35,286 nt of DNA. Origin: Opitutales bacterium (GTDB lineage: Bacteria > Verrucomicrobiota > Verrucomicrobiia > Opitutales > Opitutaceae). The translations under genes and the position numbers were made by a program. Position 1 is the first letter of the stretch. Every line of letters starts with the position of its first letter. The notes under the pieces were generated by a model, which saw only the letters and a list, made by a program, of their open reading frames with translations, did no database searches and was not told the origin of the DNA. Below, one piece after another: positions 28,510-35,286 of the stretch. Location: positions 1 through 35,286 of the forward strand of contig JBBRHC010000001.1 of assembly GCA_038223295.1 (NCBI GenBank). The letters are read 5' to 3'.

Positions 28510-29436
28510 ATGCCCGCCTCGGCCAAGACTCAGCTCGACGTCGACGGCACCCCCGTGGAGGTGTCGAACCTCGGCAAAATTATGTATCCGAAAACCGGAT
28601 TCACCAAGGGCGACGTCATCGACTATTACATCAAGATCTCGGAGCACCTGCTGCCGCATCTGCGGAACCGTCCCATCACGCTCAAACGCTACCCCGACGG
28701 GGTGGAGGGTTTTTTCTTCTACGAAAAACAGTGCCCCGCCCATCGCCCTCGCTGGGTGCGCACCACCGCCGTTCCCAAATCCGACGGGAGCGCCATTCAC
28801 TACTGCGTGATGAACGATCTGCCCGCCCTCGTCTGGGCCGCCAACCTCGCCGACCTCGAGCTGCACACCTTCCAGCACCGCGCGCCCGCCCTCGCCCGGC
28901 CCACCGCGCTGGCCTTCGACCTCGATCCCGGCGAACCGGCCGACGTGTTGTCCTGCGCCGCGATCGGCCTGCGGTTAAAGGAACTCTTCGACGCACTCGG
29001 CCTGGAAAGTTTCGCCAAGACCTCGGGCTCGAAAGGCCTGCAAGTCTATGTTCCGCTAAACACCCCGGTGACCTACGCGAGGACCAAGGCCTTCGCGCAC
29101 GCGGTCGCCACGTTGTTCGCCCGCGAGTGGCCGGGGGCCGTGGTGTCGGACATGAAAAAATCCCTGCGCCCCGGCAAGGTGCTCGTGGATTGGAGCCAGA
29201 ACGACGCGCACAAAACCACGGTGAACGTCTATTCCCTGCGCGCCAAAGACCACCCCACCGTCTCCACCCCGGTCACGTGGCCGGAGATCACCGCCGCCGT
29301 GAAAAAGAAAAACGCGGCCGCCCTCATCTTCGATTCTTCCGCTGTGCTACGGCGCGTCAAAAAACACGGGGATCTCTTCGCCCCCGTCCTCACGTTGAAG
29401 CAGAAGCTCCCCGCGCTGAAAGCGCTGGAGCGGTGA
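28510..29436 (+). CDS. Stand-alone LigD polymerase (AEP primase-polymerase) domain
   Basis: SNLGKIMYP..GFTKGDVIDYY, RYPDG, FYEK, FDLDPG, KTSGSKGLQVY, VLVDWSQN, YSLRA, VSTPVTW. Confidence 0.95.
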   Translation: MPASAKTQLDVDGTPVEVSNLGKIMYPKTGFTKGDVIDYYIKISEHLLPHLRNRPITLKRYPDGVEGFFFYEKQCPAHRPRWVRTTAVPKSDGSAIHYCVMNDLPALVWAANLADLELHTFQHRAPALARPTALAFDLDPGEPADVLSCAAIGLRLKELFDALGLESFAKTSGSKGLQVYVPLNTPVTYARTKAFAHAVATLFAREWPGAVVSDMKKSLRPGKVLVDWSQNDAHKTTVNVYSLRAKDHPTVSTPVTWPEITAAVKKKNAAALIFDSSAVLRRVKKHGDLFAPVLTLKQKLPALKALER

Positions 29437-29483
29437 CGCCGCCCGCCCTCGCTCCGCACCTACGTCATGTTGTATCCCCGCCG

Positions 29484-29512
29484 GTAGCGGAAGCGCCGGG
29501 CGTCAGCGCTAC
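29484..29512. repeat. Degenerate GTAG...CTAC palindrome (REP-like)
   Basis: GTAGCG-GAAGCGCCGGGCGTCAG-CGCTAC just downstream of the NHEJ operon. Confidence 0.45.
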
Positions 29513-29649
29513 TGAAAGCGCCCACAGGCCGCGCCCCCAGCGACAGTGGAGGCCGCAGCCCGATTTGGTCGCACCCGGTCGCGCCGCTATCTTGCTACAT
29601 GGTTCTCCGCCTCCACCGGGCGATTCGTCAACCTCCACCCCCGACCGCC

Positions 29650-30042
29650 ATGAATAAACCCTCTCCGACCCCTTCCGGGCGCATCCTGCGCCACGGGCAA
29701 CGCGCCGATGGAGTAACCGTTGAATCCATCGAGGCTCGCGCTCGAGAACTCGCCCTGATAGACGGTCGTCCCGCCAGCCAAGTCACCGACGCGGACCGTG
29801 AACTCGGCCGGTCCGAGTTAAACGGTGAACTGATCCCCGTTCCCACCCTCCAGGACGCCGAACCCTCCGCTCACCTGACCCGCGATCCCGGCGAACCGGT
29901 TACCGAGACGGGCTCACAGACGCCGATGCTTAATGAACCGGACGATCAAGTGGTCGCCGAGCGCCTCGTCCTCGAAGGTGTCGAAGAAGCTCAACACGAC
30001 CAAATGCTTGCCGCGCGCCACGAAGAGCGGCGCCATCCCTGA
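29650..30042 (+). CDS. Hypothetical protein, weakly DUF2934-like (alternative start 29599)
   Basis: IEARARELALIDGR...DRELGRSEL resembles DUF2934; acidic C-terminus. Confidence 0.65.
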   Translation: MNKPSPTPSGRILRHGQRADGVTVESIEARARELALIDGRPASQVTDADRELGRSELNGELIPVPTLQDAEPSAHLTRDPGEPVTETGSQTPMLNEPDDQVVAERLVLEGVEEAQHDQMLAARHEERRHP

Positions 30043-30080
30043 GCCCCCTTTCACCCGATCCTATTTCGACGCCCATCTCC

Positions 30081-30341
30081 ATGAACGACCTACCTTTGCT
30101 ATACGTTAAACCCGCCTGCCCGTGGTGCCAGGAAGTCGTGGGTTTCTTGGACGAACACGGTATCCCCTACCGCCGCCTGGACGTGAGCCAAGATTCCATT
30201 TCCAGATTGGAAATGGAGAAAAAATCCGGTCAGACCAAAGCCCCCACGCTCGATTGGCACGGCAAAATCCTGGCCGATTTCGGGGTCGATGAACTTGTTC
30301 CTTTTCTACGCGCTCGAAACGTAAAGCTCGAAGACAACTGA
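30081..30341 (+). CDS. Glutaredoxin-like protein
   Basis: LYVKPACPWC, YRRLDV, KSGQTKAPTL (cis-Pro), LADF. Confidence 0.92.
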   Translation: MNDLPLLYVKPACPWCQEVVGFLDEHGIPYRRLDVSQDSISRLEMEKKSGQTKAPTLDWHGKILADFGVDELVPFLRARNVKLEDN

Positions 30342-30435
30342 ACTCGGCAAAGCCGCGCAGCTTTTGAGTATTTCAGAGCACAGCGGGAAACGCCCAGGCC
30401 ATTTCCCGCGCAAAATTGTTTACGCGCCCCCGACG

Positions 30436-31218
30436 CTAAGGTCGTGGCGGCGGTGCTCCATAATGGCCATGCAGGCTGCCCGCGTAGTCGTCCGAGACCG
30501 GCGCGCCGGGGTCATACTTCGGCGCATGCTTCACCTGCTCGCACGAGAGTTGCACGTGGACACTCGATTCCGACCACCGCACCCGGTCTATCCAGGCAGG
30601 AGTCAAAATCACCTTGCCGCCCGGCAACCAATTGCGTGTGTCGATGATCACGTAGGATATCGTCCACGACTGATCGTCGATCAGGTAGTCCTCCACATGA
30701 CCGATGGATCCGTCCAGCGCATCGATGTGGTAACCCGCGACCGCGCGACCGCTCCGCAAACGTGGATCACCGTCCGGCGCGGTGCGGATGGACGGGGCGA
30801 CGTTCACCGGGACATCCGTGGCGAAGGGCACGCCCGCGCCATACCCCGCGACTCCTACCGGCGAGCCAAACCCCGTGCCAGAATCAGCCGCGCCCGCCCA
30901 GTATGCCGCCCACCCGTAGTGTTGATGCAATCCGAGCTCCTGCTCGCGCGAGACCGGCTCGGTCGTGTTGATGCCCGGACTGTGACGCACCTGCTCCTGG
31001 GTGAGATCGACATTGAGCATCGTCCCCGACCAGTCGGCCTCACCCACCACCGAAGTGGCGATAAGCACCCGGCGGCTGTTAAGCCAAGTGCCGGTTTCGA
31101 CGACCACATACCGAACGGTCCAGTAGCGGTCGTCGAAGTAGAAGTCTTTCACTTTTCCGATCACCCCATCGCGGGCGCGGAGTTCGAGGTTATAAAGAGT
31201 TTCTGCGTTTCGTAGCAT
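30436..31218 (-). CDS. Tandem PRC-barrel domain protein
   Basis: Two repeats of A.DG.IG.V.D...DD..WT..Y.V..T..WL....V; PRLRS; ATG 31218. Confidence 0.9.
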   Translation of the reverse strand: MLRNAETLYNLELRARDGVIGKVKDFYFDDRYWTVRYVVVETGTWLNSRRVLIATSVVGEADWSGTMLNVDLTQEQVRHSPGINTTEPVSREQELGLHQHYGWAAYWAGAADSGTGFGSPVGVAGYGAGVPFATDVPVNVAPSIRTAPDGDPRLRSGRAVAGYHIDALDGSIGHVEDYLIDDQSWTISYVIIDTRNWLPGGKVILTPAWIDRVRWSESSVHVQLSCEQVKHAPKYDPGAPVSDDYAGSLHGHYGAPPPRP

Positions 31219-31592
31219 GGCGGGGACTTGTAGTCGGAGGTTTGGCGAATCAAACGTTGAAGGAGACGCGGTAGGATAACCCCCCGGGGAGCGCCTCGCC
31301 ATGGGGCCGACCGGGATAGTCTTTATAGGCGAGTCGCCCACCGGTGTTCAGCCCGCGCGCGCCTGAAGAAGCGTGTCGCGCGTGGACCTCGCCTCCGCCC
31401 GATCAACCGCTTGGATCAGCCGCTGCGACGCGCGATAATCGCCGCTTTCCCCATCGGAAATATTACCAGATATGACCCCGGTAATACCCTTGTTTCTCAG
31501 CGTTTTACGAACCCATCCGGAACCCGCGGCACTACGCGCAAGTCTGTATCAGGGTTCCCCTACGTGTAACAAGAATTCAACTACCAAAACCC

Positions 31593-32450
31593 ATGAAACC
31601 CACTCGTCTCTCGATCATCAGAACATCCGCATGCGCCACCTTGGTCGCCGCCTTGTTTACCCTCCCTGTCAACGCCCAGCCAAACACGAACAAAACCGGC
31701 CCCAACCCGTCCGCCTCGTGGAAGGACAAAGGCGAGATGCACCAAGCCATGGCGAAGGATCCCCGCCATGCTTCCAAGCTCATAGGTCGCACAGTGAAAA
31801 ACATGAGGGAGGAGTCGCTGGGCAAGGTGGAGGACATCATCGTCGATCTCGGCTCCGGCCGAGTGATCGCGGTGGTGATATCGTCCGGAGGCTTTCTCGG
31901 CATGGGGGATCAACTGAGCGTCATTCCCTCGCGCGAATTACGCCAGGAGGCCGGCTCCGACGACCTACGACTCGACGCCAGCCGGGAGAGTCTGTCCGCC
32001 GCCCCGCGATACACCGTGGGCGAAAGTCCGGATTTCAACGCGCCAGCCTACTCCGCCTATCTCGGCGACACCATCTCGCGCGGAGAAATGCAGAAGGACC
32101 GCGTCAGAGATGAGAGTTACAAAAAATCCGGCGCCGCCATGGACACGACCACTCGCGCCGACAACACCGAGCGCAACGTCCGGGATCGTGACTCCGCTAC
32201 CCTGGACCCGCTCGATCAGGGCAACAGTCGCACCGACATCGACCTCACCGCCCGTATCCGAGCCGCGCTGGTCGACCGCGATGGCCTCTCCATCAATGCG
32301 CAAAACATCAAGATCATCTCCCGTGACGGGCAGGTGACCCTGCGCGGCCCGGTGCGCACCGAGGAAGAAAAACGCGTCGTCACCCGCATCGCCACCGACG
32401 CGGCCGGGGCCGCCCGCATCACCAACCAACTCGAGGTTGTTTCCCGCTAA
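31593..32450 (+). CDS. Exported PRC-barrel + BON domain protein
   Basis: Signal peptide; ASKLIGRTVKN..EESLGKVEDIIVD...GGFLGMGD (PRC); DIDLTARIRAAL..LSINAQNIKII...GQVTLRGPV...NQLEV (BON). Confidence 0.9.
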   Translation: MKPTRLSIIRTSACATLVAALFTLPVNAQPNTNKTGPNPSASWKDKGEMHQAMAKDPRHASKLIGRTVKNMREESLGKVEDIIVDLGSGRVIAVVISSGGFLGMGDQLSVIPSRELRQEAGSDDLRLDASRESLSAAPRYTVGESPDFNAPAYSAYLGDTISRGEMQKDRVRDESYKKSGAAMDTTTRADNTERNVRDRDSATLDPLDQGNSRTDIDLTARIRAALVDRDGLSINAQNIKIISRDGQVTLRGPVRTEEEKRVVTRIATDAAGAARITNQLEVVSR

Positions 32451-32494
32451 CCTGTTTTCCGTCCGCACCCACAACATCCAACACTAAAAATCCC

Positions 32495-33055
32495 ATGTCT
32501 AAAAAAGCTGTTTTCGCCATCGCCACCACCCGCGTCCAGGCCGAGCGCATCGTCGCCGACCTGCAAACCGCCGGTTTTTCCAGCAACGATATCTCCGTGC
32601 TGTTCCCCGACAAAGAAACCACGCGCGATTTCGCGCACGAGAAAAACACCAAAGCCCCCGAAGGCGCGGTCACTGGTGCCACCACCGGAGGCGTGCTCGG
32701 CGGCGCGCTCGGCTGGATTGCCGGCATCGGCGCCCTCGCCATCCCTGGCGTGGGTCCCTTCATCGCGGCCGGCCCCATCGTCGCCGCACTCAGCGGTGCC
32801 GCCGTGGGCGCGACCATGGGTGGCATTGCCGGCGGCCTGATCGGGCTCGGCATACCCGAGCTCGAGGCCAAGCGCTACGAGGGAAAAATCCGCGAGGGCA
32901 ATCTGCTGATTTCGGTCCACACCGAAAACTCCGACGAGATCGACAACGCTAAACGCATCTTCACCGATGCAGGCGCCGAAGACATCACCACCGCGCGCGA
33001 AGCATCCACCCCGGATGGCCAAGAGGCCCCCGCAATACCCGCCTCCCGTTACTAA
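32495..33055 (+). CDS. Glycine-zipper general stress membrane protein (YflT-like/DUF3341-annotated type)
   Basis: LQTAGFSSNDISVL, TKAPEGAVTGATTGGVLGG..GWIAGIGALAIPGVGPFIAAGP, GIPELEAKRYE. Confidence 0.85.
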   Translation: MSKKAVFAIATTRVQAERIVADLQTAGFSSNDISVLFPDKETTRDFAHEKNTKAPEGAVTGATTGGVLGGALGWIAGIGALAIPGVGPFIAAGPIVAALSGAAVGATMGGIAGGLIGLGIPELEAKRYEGKIREGNLLISVHTENSDEIDNAKRIFTDAGAEDITTAREASTPDGQEAPAIPASRY

Positions 33056-33077
33056 AAACCAACGTTTCCAAGCGCTG

Positions 33078-33108
33078 CGCCCGACCTCCGATGGGGTCGG
33101 GCGATTTT
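33078..33108 (+). terminator. Probable intrinsic terminator
   Basis: CGCCCGACC/GGTCGGGCG stem followed by ATTTT. Confidence 0.6.
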
Positions 33109-33339
33109 GCGTACACGAGACCGCTCCCGGACAGCCTTGCTCACGCGTGAATCGATTCGCATGTCTCGTATTCACCTCTTTAGCAAACAATTGGGTTTTC
33201 CGCTAAGCGAATGCCTTATGCGGGGATCAGGGGGGAGGACACCGGACCGCACTTGTGTGTCATGACGTGAAAAAGCACCTTGGCCCAAGAGGAAATTCCG
33301 TTACGCACCAGACCCCTGTAATCAAAAACTCAATACACA

Positions 33340-33906
33340 ATGAAACCTCGATCCGCGTCCAAGATCGTCTTTGCGGCCCTTATCGGGTTCGCATTTTCGA
33401 CGATCGGCGGCCAAGCCCAACGACTTGACGATGTCGCCCGGAGCACAGCCTCGGCAGGCTCTTTGAACGGTTCCGAGGGCGCGGAGATTGGCTCCAGTTT
33501 CTCACCGGCGGGCGCCCACATCCGCACGGTGGGAGCGCCGGGCGTGGTGTTTGATTCCACCATCTCGCCCACGGACTACATCACCTCGGTGTCCGTGATC
33601 ATCGAAACCGATTTCGATAACAACGGATTCTCCGGTATCGGCTCCAGAATTTTGCCCCGGGAGTTTTCCGGCCCCGCTTTTACCCGGCATCTCCCCTTTG
33701 ATTACATGGCGGCCGCGAACGGCGACGTAGGCCTCGTTTTCGACGGGGTGACCGCGATTTCAGATACTCAACTGGAGTTCCTAGCGATGCCCGTGCCCGA
33801 GCCCTCCACCTTCGCCCTCGTGGCGGTGCTGGCGCTGGGTGCCATCGTCACACTTCGCCGCCATCGCGCCGCTTCCCTTTCCGCCGCCCCTCCGCTGGTC
33901 GCCTGA
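33340..33906 (+). CDS. PEP-CTERM sorting-domain protein
   Basis: Signal peptide; VPEPST + hydrophobic helix + RRHR. Confidence 0.85.
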   Translation: MKPRSASKIVFAALIGFAFSTIGGQAQRLDDVARSTASAGSLNGSEGAEIGSSFSPAGAHIRTVGAPGVVFDSTISPTDYITSVSVIIETDFDNNGFSGIGSRILPREFSGPAFTRHLPFDYMAAANGDVGLVFDGVTAISDTQLEFLAMPVPEPSTFALVAVLALGAIVTLRRHRAASLSAAPPLVA

Positions 33907-34051
33907 ACACCTTCGGTGCCGTTTTGGAAGAACCCGCCGTCGCCCCGTGGATAGTGACCTCCGTTATCTCCTACCACACCTCGCCAAGCGCCGCGAACTC
34001 GCGCGGCGGCCACCGAATCCATCTCCGGAACCCGTCAATCGTCTCCACTTC

Positions 34052-34990
34052 ATGAAACCGAACAAAGTCCCGGTCTCCGTCCTTATCCCCATTCGCAACG
34101 AAGAGTCTAATCTGCCTCGCTGCCTGGCCTCTGTCACTTGGGCGGACGAGGTGATCGTGGTCGACTCCCACAGCACCGACCAATCCTGCGCCATCGCGCT
34201 AGCCGCCGGCGCCGAAGTGCATCAATTCAACTTCAGCGGCACTTGGCCAAAGAAGAAAAACTGGGCGCTGGAGAACATTAGTTTCCGTCACGAATGGGTT
34301 TTCATCCTCGATGCCGACGAGGTGATGCCACCGGACTCCAGCGAAGAGATAGGCGCGCTCATAGCCCAAGATGGCGCCGGCTGCGCTGGCTTCTGGATCA
34401 ACCGCCGTTTCATGTTCATGGGCGGATGGTTGCGCCACTCCTACTACCCAAACTGGAACCTGCGCCTCTTTAAACACCGTCTCGGGCGCTACGAGCTATT
34501 GGTCCATGGCGACACCCACAGCGGCGACAACGAGGTCCACGAACACATACGAGTCGAAGGAGACACCGCCCGCCTGCGCTGCGAGATGGATCACTATGCT
34601 TTTCCCTCGATCGACGTCTTCGTCGAGAAGCATAACCGCTACTCAAACTGGGAGGCACGCCTGGAAGTGGAGCAAGGGCTCCACGCCAGCGATCCGTCAC
34701 TGCAATCCTCGGCGGTCAGCTTCCGGCGCCGGCTTAAGCGCTGGTCCAAACGCGTGCCCTTCCGACCCACCCTGCGTTTCCTTTACGTTTATGTGGTCCA
34801 GCGTGGCTTTCTGGATGGCATGCGAGGCTTCTATTTTGCGCGGCTGCACGCCGTCTACGAATTCATGTCGGTGGCAAAAGCGGCGGAAATGCGGCTTCCG
34901 ACCGCCAACCCCGTGACACCCTCCCCGCTACCGCGCCGAAGCCTCACCCGTCTGATCCCGGTCACTTCCGCCGAAGTGACGAGCGCGTAG
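34052..34990 (+). CDS. Glycosyltransferase family 2 (beta-1,4-glucosyltransferase/WaaE-like)
   Basis: SVLIPIRNEE, IVVDSHSTD, KKNWAL, LDADE, EVHEH, KHNRYS; ATG 34052. Confidence 0.92.
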   Translation: MKPNKVPVSVLIPIRNEESNLPRCLASVTWADEVIVVDSHSTDQSCAIALAAGAEVHQFNFSGTWPKKKNWALENISFRHEWVFILDADEVMPPDSSEEIGALIAQDGAGCAGFWINRRFMFMGGWLRHSYYPNWNLRLFKHRLGRYELLVHGDTHSGDNEVHEHIRVEGDTARLRCEMDHYAFPSIDVFVEKHNRYSNWEARLEVEQGLHASDPSLQSSAVSFRRRLKRWSKRVPFRPTLRFLYVYVVQRGFLDGMRGFYFARLHAVYEFMSVAKAAEMRLPTANPVTPSPLPRRSLTRLIPVTSAEVTSA

Positions 34991-35024
34991 TCAAACCCGG
35001 CGGCTCCCCCGTCGCTACCAGTAG

Positions 35025-35056
35025 AAAAAAGGGCCTCGCGTGCGAGTCCCTTTTTT
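35025..35056. terminator. Bidirectional intrinsic terminator
   Basis: AAAAAAGGGCCTCGC-GT-GCGAGTCCCTTTTTT. Confidence 0.85.
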
Positions 35057-35103
35057 GTGCCCGGAACCTTGGCCAAACGGCTGACGCCCCAAGGCACCAC
35101 ATC

Positions 35104-35286
35104 GTAAGCGTCCGGTTGGCGACCACCTAGGCGAACGAGCGCGGGCGGTGTAGAGTGGCGGGATGGAAAAACTGACGACCGAACTAATCCTCGATGAGAG
35201 TAGGCGTGACCGACGCGGTAGACGCATGACTGCGGCGAAGCGGCGAGAGGAGCTCTTGGGCGCTTACGATCAAAGCGGACTGACCC
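35104..35286 (+). mobile_element. IS66-family element, left end (truncated by window)
   Basis: Begins GTAAGCGTCCG (IS66-type terminal IR) followed by a TnpA-like ORF. Confidence 0.8.
35163..35286 (+). CDS. tnpA: IS66 accessory protein TnpA (partial)
   Basis: MEKLTTELILDESRRDRRGRRMTAAKRREELLGAYDQSGLT; the Y-x-x-SGLT HTH start is typical. Confidence 0.7.
   Translation, partial: MEKLTTELILDESRRDRRGRRMTAAKRREELLGAYDQSGLT

Noticed and set aside
28290-29657. 455-aa alternative-frame ORF
   Set aside because: Arg/Pro-rich off-frame reading of the ligD genes

Overview
GC-rich bacterial DNA, most consistent with Verrucomicrobiota (Opitutaceae-like; inferred from the PEP-CTERM gene, GTAGGGCGG repeats and SD-less A/C-rich leaders). 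About 33 kb is a dense general-stress/desiccation island. It carries glgX, two SDRs (one interrupted by two in-frame TAG codons), an AlgB-like sigma54 activator followed by DUF3309-elaB/yqjD-yqjE-yqjK-like genes, and cardiolipin synthase. It also has DUF4142, DUF2934, a transglutaminase-like protein, YhfW-like FAD/Rieske protein, an SPL-like radical SAM protein, yciF, DUF1328 and csbD. Signalling comprises two sensor kinases and four response regulators. The remainder includes an outer-membrane beta-barrel, an epimerase, a Ku plus split-LigD NHEJ operon, glutaredoxin and PRC-barrel/BON proteins. The window ends with a PEP-CTERM gene, a GT2 glycosyltransferase and the left end of an IS66 element. 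The strongest non-obvious signal is a candidate sigma54 promoter with twin palindromic enhancer sites 30 bp apart upstream of csbD-DUF1328-yciF. With the resident bEBP and a recurring GG-(A/T-rich)-CC intergenic motif, this suggests a sigma54/phosphorelay-wired stress regulon. Other leads are a 74-nt three-way-junction RNA candidate, 9-bp-periodic mirror repeats and a beta-clamp motif on the radical SAM protein. All family assignments are from motif recognition by eye, not database searches.
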